NCBI GenBank assembly: GCA_976551045.1
Contig: CDPCPM010000037.1
Location: 13,950,001 to 14,014,000 of the forward strand
Length of the DNA: 64,000 nucleotides
Direction: 5' to 3'
DNA from: Glaucostegus cemiculus
Taxonomy: Eukaryota
The number at the start of each line of letters is the position of its first letter. Position 1 is the first letter of the stretch. The notes beneath the pieces were generated by a model. That model searched no databases. It was not told where the DNA came from and saw only the letters and a program-made list of their open reading frames with translations. This document shows positions 1 to 13,979 of this stretch, piece by piece. Made by a program: the position numbers and the translations under genes.

Positions 1-429
1 TGTTACACTGAAACCTTAAAGATGCTTGCACAATGTGCATCTTCCACCAAGATCATTGTTTGTCCACCTCTGCAGTGCTAAGCAAATGACAAGGATTTAA
101 AAGCAGCTTCAATAAAGTTCTCTGCCTCAAGCAGCCTGTCATTCCTGATGCTCATAGTTACAGTGATTCAGCACGTGGTTTCATCATTAGCCTGTGGAGT
201 CAATCGAATTTGTGAGGATACAAAGAAGAATCATTCATTCCAGTAAAATGGAATTGTTAAAAAGTTTTGTGAATTTTTAAAAAATCTGTGTAGCTGAGAA
301 GACAATAATAGCAATATTGCTTGTCATATCATTTCAAGGCTAAACAAGATTGTATCACAATGCCATTACCAGACTTGACAGCTGGACATCCATGTTATTT
401 AACAGAGTATCAGGAATAGCATTGCGGCT

Positions 430-3110
430 TTAGGAAACTGTTATTTGAGAGACCAGCAAGGAACCATACATTGTGCTCTCCAGTGCCCTTGGAAAATCAA
501 TATCACTGCATGGTTCACTGTTACAGAAACACTGTGCTTTATAGAGCATGAGACCAAAATATTGATCATCAATGGTGCAGGCAATGCCGATTGATGAATG
601 GTGCATGGCATTGGATATGCTCATCGATTTTTGCAATGGTCTTGGCATAGGTAGGGTAGTGAGTAACTTGCCAAGGTTCTCAGCATGATGTGGTAAATGT
701 TTGAGCTAGGCGAATACAAGAAAGGCATCTATTCCATTAAAACATTTCAGTTTACAGTTGAGAAATTCAATTAACGTGATCACCTTGAAATGTGCAAAAC
801 AAACAATTGATCTTTATGTCACCATAAAGCCTCAATAAGTGTGCTTCTGATTATATGAGTGAACAAATCTACTTCTCGTCTTAAATTTTTACTCATATGC
901 CGGAGATTTGGCTGCACATCCAGCCTTCAGAATGCATTCATCTCTGTTATACATGGGATTATTGTTTATAACTTCAGCAGAAGCTGCATTAATGGGTTAG
1001 TGACAAAGATGAGCTTCCTCTGGTTGGTCTAAAGGAATCTGCAGAGATGTGATGGGCAGCAGGAAGTTCATCAGTATTTGCCTTCATTCAGTGGTGGCTC
1101 CTGAGGTATGGAAAGTGGACCACATTTTTCAGTGTCATGTTGTGGATATGAATTGCAGATGAGGCAGTGTTGTGCAGCAGGAACAGTACTGTACAGCACG
1201 TGTAGGTTGGTAGATGTTTAGCAAATGTCAAGTATGTGTGTACACAAGTGTCGCATAATTATCACAGCTTGGTGATCAAGTTTGACTGTTCCTGATTCTG
1301 GAATAGAGGCAGTCTGGTTCAGTGGGTTTCTACTTATCCTGTAGATTCGCTCCACTCCAGGGTGTTTGTTGGAGATGTCATACAATACTGGTCCTCCAAG
1401 CATATGAATGCCTGACTTATGTACAGCTTCTGATTATGAACAGTTCACAGGAATGGGACCCTGCCATAACCTGGGACTGTATTGCAGCAAGAAAGATGGA
1501 GAGAAGAATTGGAGTAATGATGTATTCTTGTTTTATTCCAGTATGCCGTGAACCTGTTCGTGAGAATTACAGATTGCATCTCATCATGAAGCAGAGGTAG
1601 AAAGTAACACATTTTTGAGGGCAGGCAGTTATGAGAAAGATTCTCCATAGTATCTTTCACTTGACAGTAATGTAAAAAAAAAACTTTCCTATAATGGTTG
1701 ATAGTGTCCCTGCATTTTTCTGGGAGTTGTTGCCAGTGAATATCATGTCCATTGTGCCTCTTAATGGTCACAATCCACATTGCAATTTTCAGATCAATTA
1801 TCTTGCCACTAGTAGGAGGAAGTTGAGAACCCCAATAATAAATTTCCATGTGGCTGATCCCAGGGAGACCTCTTCATAGCTACTGCAAACACAAATTTGT
1901 CACCTTTTGTGAAAGTTGCCATCATTGAAGGTGCATTGGCATGCCCTCCTCTGCTCATCAGTGGGAGGTGAATTTGTTTCTGAAGTTCCTCTGTAAAGTT
2001 TCAGAACTTCGCTGTCCTGAAGGCCATGTTAATGTTCAGTTGGTGCATTGCCTTTTCAGCCCCTTTTGTGTTAGGGTAGTTAGTTCCTGTATCTTGTGGT
2101 TGTTATCATCAAACCAGTCCTGATGTTTTTGGGTAGAGGACTCAAGAATGCCTTCACATCTACTAATTATGCTAAACATCAGGACAATCATGCATTGTGG
2201 ATACTCTGTGGCTCTTGAAGTTTGGGAGTTGTTGGGTTGTCTCTCAGGTCCTGTCTGAGATGAGCAACCTTTGTGGGGACCTTAACTTTCAACATTGATT
2301 TTCGTTGGCAGATTTTTTTTGGGCTGCGTTAATGAAGGTGAGAGTGGATAAGGTAGTAGTGTGGCAGTCATTGGTACCCATCATGGCATGAGTGATACAG
2401 ATATGCTTGTAGCATCTTGCTTGGACAATGACATTATTGTGATGAGGTCCACTGCCTGGATCGTGGGTGTTGCCATGAGGTCTAGTGCTCATATCCCTGA
2501 TGAAACAGTGTATTGGTCAAACATTTTGTCCAGAAGATCCACAATGCCAATATAACATTCTCATGACAAGGAAGACAATGGGCAGTGTATCTGCAGTAAC
2601 CCAGCTGCCATCAAAGCCTCCAAACCATACCAATACTATCTGATCTCCGATTTCAAAATTGTGTTCCTAGCCAGTTCTTGAAGAATAGCAGTCTTCTTCC
2701 AGATGGCCAAAGTGGCCCTCTAAGATAGGTATGATGTTCAACTGAGGCTTGAAGACTTTTGCTACATTTTGTGTCTTGATGGAAGCAGACAGCTCCATCA
2801 GCCTGTAAGTGAAAATGCCAATTCCATCTGGTATTGAGTTGTGCAAAAGTTACCAATGGGAACAGCTATATAATTTTCTATGCATGAACTGTGGCAAGTG
2901 ATTGCATATAAACTCCTCCATACTCCACAAGCTGACTTAAATTTGCTCATGTATCCATAATAGCCTTTTTCATTATCTTTACCAAAATCTTTTGGGAGAG
3001 TAGTGAAGTGCGATCTCTTCATTTGTGGAATTAGCACTATACTCTCTGGCCTAATTAATGCCAAATGTTTACTCCATGCAAAAGATGTGCTTCTAAAGTA
3101 GCTTGTTCAG
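430..3110 (-). mobile_element. Degenerate RTE-clade LINE (endonuclease and RT remnants)
   Basis: Minus-strand peptides HPRSRQW..VIVQAR...ICITHAMMGTNDCHT, LPLLHDEMQSVILTN, HPGVERIYRIS and NVVHFPYLRSH resemble RTE ORF motifs. Many stops and frameshifts. Confidence 0.75.
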
Positions 3111-4269
3111 CCTTCTGTAACTTTATCTGAATTTTTTTTTTGTAGTATCAGTTGCAGTGAAAAGGTGTCTTCATCTTCCTGCTATTCTTTGACCTGGCGT
3201 GCTCCTGTCTCTGAAAGGTTCTCCCTGTTTGATGTTAGAGATGCTTGTTTTGAACAGTGTGTGTATGCATGAGGTCGGTGTATGCAGGAGGGTTGATTAC
3301 AGCATCTATGTCTACATAGCTGCTCAGCTCATGGAATTTAATGCACTCTTTCCCTTGGTTATGGGATGATTCACCTCCTACTGTCATTTCTTACCTGCTC
3401 TGGGTGACTTCCTGCCATAGAGGATCTATCTCCTACACTCTTTGTCCTTTGTCAGGTCGCTGTGAAACAGAGAGCATGATTCATTCTCTCTTTTTTTTTG
3501 CTGCCATTTGAGAGGAGGTTTAAAGAACAAATACTTTTGTGTTTAATGGAGAATGCCCTTTAGGAAGTGGAGCCCTGACGCCAATTAATTTAGGAGTGGG
3601 TGATGGGTGCGCTAATTTCAAGTACTAATTGTTGACGTGTTTGCAGATTATCATTTCAGTTGTGTTGGACAATCCAAACATTTACTTTAGAACTGAATCT
3701 CGTGACCAGGCTGTGTTGGTCGGATGAGTCATGAGAGTAGTGCAGAATCAATACTTTGTTTGAAGTCAGAGGGCTGAGGGGAGTAGAATCCCAGCCATAT
3801 CTTCAGGAGATGGGAGGAAGTGGAAATAGTTCATAAAACAGCCTTTTCTTTCTATGCACAAAATTTCTTTGAGTATTATAGCATGCCCCAGTGACTTAGC
3901 TGTTAAAATGTACATTAGGATCCTAATAACATAATTGTATATCAGTTTGCACTTATCCATAAGTCAGGAAGATGTCTTGGTCACTTAAAAAAAAACTTAA
4001 TATGATGACATACTGATGAAATGGGAATAGGACAGAAAGCCCTACTGACTCTTGTTTGACTACCTTGTCTCACCTTGCTCCTTGCTCTGTTTTGGTCAGC
4101 TGTTGAACTGCAAATACTTTTCCAAGCTCACCCAATTAATCTTCTCTCTTTTTATTCTTTGTGATGCTATTAACTGGGACAGTGGTTCCTCTGGTGCCAC
4201 TTTCTACTTGTTTGCAGCTATGCCTTATTTTATTCCCCAACAATTCTATGAAATGAGGCCATTTTGCTG

Positions 4270-5145
4270 ATCAGCTGGCTTTTGGAGAGTAGACAGATCA
4301 GTTTCATTTCTCTGTTCTTTTCCCATAGTCCTACAAATTATTTTTACTCAAGGGCCTATCCATTTCTCTGGTTGATTGTTTCTTTCACCCCTGACAGGCA
4401 GTGAGTTTCAGCCCATAATTAACGTCTGCAGAACAAAATAAAAATGAATTTTCTTGAAGATCTCTACCAAACCTTCTGTCAACTTTCTTATCTCCGAGAG
4501 CACTGCTGGTTGCACTGGTCTGACCTTCTCGTTGAAATTCCTCATCCCTGGAACTATTTCAGTAAATCTTTTCTGCACCCTCTCGAGAACTTTTCCATCC
4601 TTCAAAATGCATGGTGAGCATAGTTAGGCAGATCACTCCACTTGTGGCCTGGCCAATGTTTTATAGAAGTTAACTTTCCTCCTTTTGTACCCTATGCTTT
4701 TATTTATCCCAAGATCTTGTACATTTTCGTGCGCATATATTCCAATTCCTCTGTTTCCACACAACCTTTAGGACAGTGTCATTTAGTCTATATTTCTTTC
4801 ATTCTTTGAGCCACAGTGTATAGTTTCAAACTTCTCTAATTTTCATTTGCCACGCATCTGCCTATTCTGTTTATCGACATCTTGCAATCTGTTACTGTTC
4901 TGCTCCCTCTATCACACTTTCACAATTTTGTATAAGATAAAATTTGCACCATTGGAGAAGATCAGTGTCCACTGCCTTCCAGTTTTAAGAGTAACTGTTT
5001 GCTACTTCTCCCTGCTTTCTGCCTTCTGTAAGCCAATTTCTTATCCATGTTGTTACTGCCCCTTTAATTCCATGGGCCTCCATTTTCTGTGGAATTTTAG
5101 TGAATGCCTTTTCAAAATCCAGGTAAAAGATATTTACTGCATTCC
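4270..5145 (-). mobile_element. CR1 LINE 3' fragment
   Basis: Minus-strand LERVQKRFTEIVPGMRNF (ORF 4408..4605) and D(V)FYLDFEKAF-like RT sequence near 5100-5140. Confidence 0.8.
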
Positions 5146-6048
5146 CCTCATCAGCCTTCTCCATTATCTCATCAAAAATTAATTCTCCCTAGTTCTTTTC
5201 CCACCTGTTTTCATATCATCATTAGGACTGAGACAAGGATAAAGTTCTTTACATTTTAAATAGTGGAATTCTCTCTTTCAGGGCTGTGAATCCTCACTTG
5301 CTGAGTACATTCAGTGCTGATGTAATACGCTTTTGGATACTCTGGTTGTAGGTATGGTCAGGAAAATGTATGTGGTACAGGATCAGCTTTTGAATGGTGA
5401 AGGAGGTTCCAGGAGCATATGGCTACTTCTTCCTTCTGGTTTGTACACTTTTCTCTGATTTCTTAGCAGAATTACGTTATTTCACCATTTTCAGTCTATA
5501 TAGTTACCAAAATCAAACTTGACTTCCTAGCCAATATAGTATTCTGGAGCACTAACATGTGACAGTAGAGAATTTGGCAAGGTTTTATATTTCCTTCAAG
5601 TTATAATTCTGCTTTTGGTGGGAAAATCATAAAAAGTACCATCTGGACTGCACTTATCATTTTCTAATGGCAAATTAGAGTGCTTTTGGGAGTATGGTCT
5701 ATTTGGATTACTCCCACACAGGATATTTAATAGACATTATTCTTAAAAATGTTGTAGCAAGTGTTAATATAATTTATAGGAAAATTACAAAACATCAAGA
5801 CTAAACTGACATTTTTCATGACTGTTTGATCTGACACTTTGGTTATTTATTTCTGGTGTGTAGATTTGTAAAGTTCTTTGGATGCCCCTTGGAATATTTA
5901 GAAATTTTCAAAGTAAAGTTTTGTTCCAAGCTTAAGTTCTGCTGTGTAAGATTTAAGAGTTTTTGAAATTCCCCTCCTATTGCTGGATCCCCTTAGAATG
6001 TTTGGGTAAGGGTTTTGATGTGCCTTCTCAGTTACTGTTGTCACTTTT

Positions 6049-6634
6049 CTTTTTCAATCTTTTTTATTGATAACAAATCAGTACAGGTTAAAATATATAA
6101 CAATGTTTACACATGTATTATAGAAATATCAAGTAAATCGTAGGTAATCATTAAAAAAAGCAATAAAATATGATATATATAAAAGAAATAGTTCCAACAA
6201 TCTCTCGGTTCATAAGTGTAATGTGAAAGATAGAAAAGAAAAAGATTTGTTATATAATTAGAAAAAAACACAAAAAAAACCAAATCAATTTTAAAAAATC
6301 ATAATAATATAGAGTAAATTAAACCAAAAATGAATTTAAAAAAAAAGAAAAAAAAACCAAAACAAGGAGAAAAAAAACTGGGCTAAAATTTTCAATAGAA
6401 ATAGAACAATATAATGTCGTCAGCTCCGTTTCTCTAAATTTAAAAAAAGTTATAGAAGGGGAAACTACATCATATGAAAGTATTGAATAAATGAACTCCA
6501 AATATCTTCAAATTTAAGCGAAGAATCAACAGTACCACTCCTAATTTTTTCCAAATTAAGACATGATATAGATTGAGAGAACTATTGAAAAGTGGTAGGG
6601 GGTATTGGATCCTTCCATTTAAGCAGAATGGCTC
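6049..6634 (-). mobile_element. 5'-truncated L1-clade LINE 3' end with 18-bp target-site duplication
   Basis: GTTACTGTTGTCACTTTT at 6031-6048 and 6635-6652. The minus strand encodes RAILLKWKDPIPPTTFQ*FSQSISCLNLEKIRSGTVDSSLKFEDIWSSFIQYFHMM* (fish L1 ORF2 C-terminus), followed by a T-rich 3' UTR, AATAAA and an A-rich tail. Confidence 0.88.
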
Positions 6635-9600
6635 GTTACTGTTGTCACTTTTACATCAATATAAAACAATTTTGCATACAATTGACAAGAGTTTACTACC
6701 TTGAATACAAGTTAGATCAATCTTTTTCTGGAAGATAGTCATGTTAAGAAAGTCACTGACAGAAATGAAAGACTCACACTTCAAGCATTTGTTGAAGCCA
6801 ATTATTTTTCTCTATAGGGAACTTGACATTTAAGTGCTGAGAAATATTTATTATGTGTGTAAGTGTATATCTTCAATGGAAAAGAAAATAGAGTAAATTG
6901 GCTTCTGAGTCACTATCAGATGCTTGTGATCTGGTAAATTTCATCCCAGTGTGTTTGGGTGAGGAGGCAAGAAACTAGGCAAAAGTGCCTACTTTTTTTT
7001 GGTATCTGGAGTGACTTATTAATGACTGTTGTGTGGTTACCAATGACCGCTTTGGTCATGGAATTAGTGCTTGCGAATTAATTTGTACCTAACATCAGGA
7101 GCTAATGAATTGGTGCTGAATCAGGAAATGTTTACTTTGCGTTCTGTGTTTGGTGCAGAGCAAGTAAAGGAAAATCTCAAGATTGAAGCCAGGTCCAGGA
7201 GATCATAGAGGAGAAATAGCAGGGGCCAGGTGGAAGAGGGTTCTGGATTTAAAAAGATTTTGGGCAAAGGTTAGATGCCGACAGTCAATGAATACTGTTG
7301 AGCTGTCTTGAAAGGTGCAACCAGGCCTGAGTATTTCCACATTTTCTATTTTTATTTTTAATTTCCAGCATCTGCGGTGTTTTCTTTTTAGGATTCACTT
7401 ACTTGGAAAATGTGTGGGGATTTATTACTCAGTTAACATAACAAATTCAGGTTGTCTGGTGCTGATACCATGTTATTGTTTGTGAAGTATGTTTTGTGCA
7501 AGTTAGTTGCTGCATTTTCTATATTCCAATGTTTTTTTTAAAAGGGTTTTATTGTCTGTGAAGTGACAGGGATATCCTGTTAAGCACAACATAAATGCAA
7601 ATTCCCATATAGCTAAATCTCTTCTCTCCTGGAAAAAATGTGAAATGTTAATAATTTGCATTTCCTTGTTGTTGAGTTTCTACTTTATTTCTACTAGACA
7701 CAACAGCACACTCCAAATATGATTGAAGGGAGGACCATAAAAGTTTGGGGAAATTTTAAATGTGCATTACTATCTAGCTTTGTTTAGCCATTCCCTCACT
7801 GTTCTGTACAAAATTGACCATGCTCTAGAATCAAATTGAGAATTTGAATTTGAAAGGCTCTTTAAATTGTTCATTTTTTGGAGATGTTAAAAAGATGCCC
7901 AACAATCACTACACAAGTTTTCTTTGTATTCAAAAGTAGTTACTTAAAAATACACAGGTCCAACAATGAAATAATTTAAATGCTATCAAAGTTATTTTCA
8001 GCAAGTTAATAATCAGACTACTCCCATCGAGAATTGAAACTTATTTAAGACATTTATTTTAGTTGATGAATTTTCAATTTTACAAATAAAACTGCGTCAA
8101 GTAACTACACTTAAATACATCAAAGAACAATTATAATTGACAATTTACAACAAGAGACAATGATATTCTGTGATATTGCTTAATCATGTTGGATCATGGA
8201 AGATTTTACATTTGTGACAATGGAAGTTTGAGGCTGCACCTTACTGGTCCAATGTCTGATGAATTTTGGTTACATTTCCCAATCCTGATCCAACTTTTAT
8301 CACTGGTATCTATTCTTTGGGTGAATTTATTTGATTTTCACTTTTCCTTTCAGACAGAAAAAATACTTTTATTGGATTCAGTCCTGATGCAAGGTTTTGA
8401 TCCAAAACAACATCAACAATTCCTTTCCCACCCTCCACCACCCCCCCCCCCCCCCCAATGGGCTCCTCCAACAGAGCATTCCTACAGATTTCAGCATCTG
8501 TAGTCTCTTGTGTCTCCTCTTTGGATTCATTTTAGCTTCTAGCCTTAGCATTTGGTGAGTCATTCAACCTTTCTCCTTGGATACATCTGTGTTTCCAGCC
8601 AAGGGTTTTGGTTAAGATGTTGCTTTCCTCCTATTGTGACTTCCTACTTGTTTTTCTAGATGACACCAAAACTGCACATAGTATTTCAGGTATGGTCTCA
8701 TGAAAGCCCAGTAACATGACATCCTTGCTCTTGTATTCAAAATCTTCTTGTTATGAAGGTCTACTTAACATTTGTTTTGCTACATTAAAATCCTTTTAAT
8801 ACATGCAGTTTTCATTAGAAAGTCTACTATGGAAAAACTTGCTTGGTTCCCCACCACCCCACCATTCCCACCCCACCATATCCCCTTCTTGCTGCATCCT
8901 CTTACCATTTCCTTTACTAGCAGAGAAGCACAAACATGGCTGCAGAGATTATCATGACCAACATAATAATTCCAAAATTTTTATTTGCACTGCAAAACTA
9001 GATCCTTGGCTGTCTTGGAATATTTCTCCTGCTGTGATTTTTTTTTTGTGTGTGGAGTCAAATCTCTGCATTGCAAATTTTATCTAGCAATAGCTCTTTC
9101 TTATCCTCCTCCTGGGCAACCTGGAAAGATACTGTCAGGCAGCTCTTTGAAATGCCAATTATATTCTTTTAATGCAGTTATTCAGTTGTAGAAGAATGTA
9201 CTGCAGTATGTGTTGTTAAAAATAACTGCCATTTCAAGCTTAGTTCAACTTTTGTTCTTCAGTTTTTCATTTGAGAAAATAATTAAAATCTCTGGTGATC
9301 TATGGAAGAGAACAAGTCTAGTTAATGGAACAAAGCAGATAACTCTCATGTAAATTTCTGGCAACACAGTGTTTTGTTGGCCAAGAATGACATCAATGTC
9401 TTACAGCATAGTTATGTATAACAGTAAATTTTGATAAAAATATTCACTAAAATGGTAGGCTTTTAAAAAAGAATTAAAATGCTGAAGCCAACAGTAAAAT
9501 TCTGGGATTTCTTTTGCCTAAACTTTGGCTTCAAAATAATTTTTAAGAAAAACTAATGCACAGTCTCGCTTAAAGATTAACAGTCTATAAATTAGTTCAA

Positions 9601-10298
9601 AGTTTAGAAATCAAATTATTCTTCCAAGTCTGCAAAGGTATTGAGTTCTGAAGCAGGAGGAAATCTAAGGTTCACTATCTAAGGATAATATCTGCTAATA
9701 TTGGAGAGTAATTGTTTTCAAAAAGGAAAGCTTGCAATTTCATGAAATGTGAAGGCTCTCTGTGATCAAAGGTTTGTGAGAGTACAAATAATTCTGTAAT
9801 TGCATATTTTAGTAAAGCTCTGATAACAGTTGATGTTAAAGATATTACAAAAATGAGTCCTTGGATATAAATGGTCCTGTAGTATTTTTTTACATATGGC
9901 TGTTTGGGTAACAGAAATTTGCCCTTACAGAATTCACAATCATTACCCAAAAATTTGAGGTATGGAATATATACTTTTTAGGAATGCAAACCCCACCCCC
10001 AATTACTTGGAGGTTGCCTGTATTGTAAAGAGAGTTATATAAATGCACATTATTGTTGAGTTCTATTCAAGTTGATTTAATTAAGACTTGACAAAGTGCA
10101 AACTGGTGACTAAGTTTAACTAGACAGCCTGATGCAGACAAAGAATGCACTGAATCCTACCAAGAAGGACTCCCTCCACACACACACCTCCCCCCCCCGA
10201 CCACAATTCCCAGTGATTATCATGAGATGTCTTTTTGTCTCAGACAGGAACACCTGAGCAAAGTGAGTCTTTTAAACATAATTAACAAAAAAAATCCT

Positions 10299-10636
10299 AA
10301 TTATTCTTAGATATTTAATTTGAAGTTCATGCAAATGGAAAAAAGAATAACTTTTGCATAAGGTTGAGTTACTGAGGTGATTTGTTCTTTTTTCAGAAAT
10401 CAGCAACTTGACAGATGACTGCAAGTTAAAAGATGTATATTTGGTTGAATGGCTTTGCAGCACTTTGTGCTGTGGGCAATCTCAGTGGTAGATTTCTTTA
10501 CCTCTCAGCAGAAGTAAACCTGAACTGTGAACTGTCACATTGGCATTGCATTGTCTGATTGATTCACCAATAAATTGGTGGAGAGTTGCTGAAGGCCTGA
10601 CTGCAACATATGGTCTAGTTGGCTTTTGTCAGTCAA
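10299..10636. repeat. Source copy of a ~340-bp local duplication
   Basis: Aligns by eye with 11560-11925; for example TCACCAATAAATTGGTGGAGAGTTGCTGAAGGCCTGACTGCA is identical in both copies. Confidence 0.9.
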
Positions 10637-11559
10637 CAGCTCCGTCTGTGGAAGCGTTCAGATAAAGGTTAAGTTGCCTTTTTTCTTCTGTATTATCGTA
10701 TAATTTCTGTTGATGGTGCAGATTGCCACTTGGTGCAGTAACAGCTGCCATGTTGCCACTTGCTGTGTGAACAAATTGTTAACAATTTTATCTATATTTC
10801 CTGTATCCTTGGTCAGTGTGCATTGGAAATTGGAGATAATTTACTGTGATTTTCTGATATGCTATGGGAAAGAATGAGAAACCTTTACAAAGATGAGAAA
10901 AAAGTATTGTTGTCTACCATTATTATATGGCTGGAAACTGCCAATGGAACCAGAGGCAGTTGCAGTTCACCTTCCCATTTTATTATTGTTCTTGTGATGG
11001 CGTCTAGTTGGTATCAAATGAATTGTTGGATTTCTGCGTAGGTCATTTTGTGAGTGGTTAGCGTCGGTTAAGCTGGCTCTCTATTAAAACTATGGTAGTA
11101 CCTTTAAAGGGGAAGAATTCATTATTTGCAATTGATGGTGGAATTGGTTCAAGAGGTTTCATCTTGGAACAGGACAGAGTTGGGGTCCTTATTTAAACAT
11201 TTTGGTGGGTAAGGAGGAAAGAAAGAGAAGCCTTCACTTGAATGGGACCAGGATTACTGGTATTGTGATTTTAGATAAAAAGCCTTTTGACACTTCCATT
11301 CTCCCTGTTTGACCCTATTTGCTGCTGCAGTATAACGGTTCTACACACTGTTTCTTCCTGCTTATCATTTATTTAAATTGTGATGCTACCCTCACTTGAC
11401 TCCTCCCTTCCTACTATTTAGTTTAAAACATTCTCTAGAGCCGTAATGACTTAATGAATTTATTTTCTATTGACAAATGAAGAATTAATGGGAAAAGTGA
11501 TCCATCCATGGCTATTTAAAGAAGTTGATGATAGTATTAGGTTTAAGGAAAAGGTTTAA

Positions 11560-11925
11560 AAGTAAAGCTGTACTGTGACATTGTCTAATTGAGTCACCAA
11601 TAAATTGGTGGAGAGTTGCTGAAGGCCTGACTGCAGCATGTGGTCTAGCTGCCTTTTGTCAGTCAATTATTCTTAGAATAATTTTTAATTTGAAGTTCAT
11701 GAAAATGAAAAGCACTTTTGTATAATAAATGTTAAGTTAGTAAAGGGATTTAGATACTGATTCCTTTTTTTTCAGAAAGCAGTATTTTGACAGATGAAGG
11801 TTGAATGGCTTTGTTGCACTTTGTGCTCTGGGCAATCTTGGTGGCAGTTTTTGCCTCTCAGCAGAAGTAAAGCTGAACTATGAACTGCATTCTGATTGAT
11901 TCACCAATAAGTTAGTGGAAAGTTG
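11560..11925. repeat. Circularly permuted (B-A-B') copy of 10299-10636 interrupting a CR1 fragment
   Basis: 11560-11666 matches 10512-10636; 11665-11925 matches 10299 to ~10588. The flanks at 11480-11560 and 11940-12030 read as contiguous CR1 ORF2 (…DWESFRKQQRMTKCLIIKEK). Confidence 0.85.
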
Positions 11926-12149
11926 TGTATTTGGTTGAAATATACGAGTAGTAGTAGATTGGTGGATTGGGAGAGCTTTAGAAAACAACAAAGGATGACA
12001 AAATGCCTGATAATAAAGGAGAAAATGGGTGTTTGAGCTTGCGGTTGATTAGTCATTAGTTGTTAGGAGATTAGTTGATGTGCATATGATTTTGGCCCTG
12101 ACTAGATTATAAATGTTGTATGGAATGATTTTTGTTTGGTCCTGTAGTC

Positions 12150-12960
12150 ATTGGCAGTACTGAAAAAGTAAATGGGACCTTGGTAGAATGAGAGACATTT
12201 GTTCTGAACACTAATGGATTGTGGATGTTTCTGGAGGATAACATTGAATGATTATCCTTAATTACCCATGAGGATGTGATGGTAATCTTTATTACTTGTG
12301 GCTAAGGAACTCATGTACTGCTGTTATGTTGGAAGTTGCAGCATTTTACCACAAAAGAAGTCCTCTGGAGTTCTGACTGAAGTCAGGAGCCAAGAGTTTT
12401 GGGGTTAACACTTGTTCCCCAACAACTATCTATTTGTTGTGATTGTAAGGTTATGGCAGGCACAGCAGCCTGGTTAAACATCTAGGAACTTCACATTCTT
12501 TAATGCCTTGGATTGGCCATGATGATTTTCTGGCGATGATGACCCTAGTATTTGTGCATTAAGGGAATGAAATCCCCTGCCATCCAGCTTTCCAGTTAAT
12601 GTCTGGTTTATTTGGTGGAACTCCTAAAGCTAAGTGGGTCAAACCATCAGTCCCTTGCACCATAGTGAGGCTGGGTTGTCCACAAAGCTGCAAGCCTTTG
12701 CTACCTGGTGCTTTACTTGAGGAAGAGGATATGAATTCTCCTTTCCTTGAATAAAATGTCTTTGTCATCTTCCTTGTGCAAACATAGATCCTGCCTGGAA
12801 GGTGCTGGTAAGGGACACTGTCACCTTAACTGAGGCAGGCAGGGCGTTGTTGTGGAGGTCTGGCTGCAGTAAGTGGTAGATCTCCATAAACACCACCTCG
12901 GAGAAGGATGGTCTCCTTGCCATCTCTGCTACTGGAATACTGTGGCAGGATGGATCCTCC
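12150..12960 (-). mobile_element. Decayed PIF/Harbinger (HARBI1-like) DDE transposase
   Basis: Minus-strand motifs occur in the expected order: EIYHLLQPDL..ALPASVKVTVSL..FQAG, FYSRKGEFIS, MVQGTDGLTHLAL (cf. VQGAIDCTHVAL), GFHSLNAQ, HRQKIIM, LLGNKC*P (cf. LLGDKGYP). Confidence 0.78.
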
Positions 12961-13979
12961 TGGACTGGATCCTTCTGCTGCTGCTCCTGCCTTTTCTGAG
13001 AGTTTTGCCTTTGAGCTCTCTCTTCCCTCTTATCACTTCAGAATCACAGTATGTGACCAACTAAGCCGTAAATTACAGCTTTTGCTATGGCTGCACCCAT
13101 ACACAAGAAGTCTTTTGATAGGAGCTTCTGTATAGAAGTGACAGACTATATATATGTTGGGGGGTCACTGGTGTTGGATGCTTGCTGTGTCAGCCATGTA
13201 CTTGTCTGTGGCTTTAATTTGAGCCCTGGAGGGGGAGAAGTGAGTGTCAACATCAAATTGGATAAAAATAGGCTTGCATAGAAAACATCTTCATGTTGTT
13301 TGCCCTCTTAAGTAAAGATCAGATATTGCAGCTTTGGGCAGAATGAATTCGGAGAAGCAGGATTGGATTTGAGGAAATTTAGACCGTGTAGTACTGTCAT
13401 TTCCCTTGCTTGTAACACAGTGCACTCTGTAAATGTTTTACTAAAGGGTCACAAGGAATAATGCCAAATAAAGACAAGAAGCAGACTGAGTGCAGCATTG
13501 TGACAAATCACAGTCAGCCTGATTAAATTTTAGGATTGCAAGAAACTTGTATGGACCAGTAGAACATTGTTTGTGATTTGCTTTTTGATTATCACTGAAT
13601 AGAATGTTAAAAACAGAGAATATTTTAAAGATCTAACTAATTCTTTCAAGTAAAATTATTGTTGCCGACGTGTCAGGATTACTCGGTGAATTGTAAACTA
13701 TGTGTTGATCGCCAAGTCCCTTTTTCTTTGGTAGGACAAGGTTTTGTTAATTTCTCTTATTTTTGATTTGAAATTTAGTTTTGTTTTAAAAACTTTTAGC
13801 TTTTGAAAAATAAAATAAATGCTATCCTGTGGTAAAGTTTGACCAAAATAACATGATATACAGCACTCTCGTCAGCTCCTTCAAACCACTGTAATCCCTT
13901 CCCAGTTGATTCTCTGGTTGCAATCAAATGCTTAGTGCTCATACATGCTTTATACAGCTAGAAATGAGTGTCTCCTTGG

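Noticed and set aside
8186-8503. ORF with a poly-Pro run
   Set aside because: Comes from a poly-C tract at ~8431-8456; no homology or splice support.
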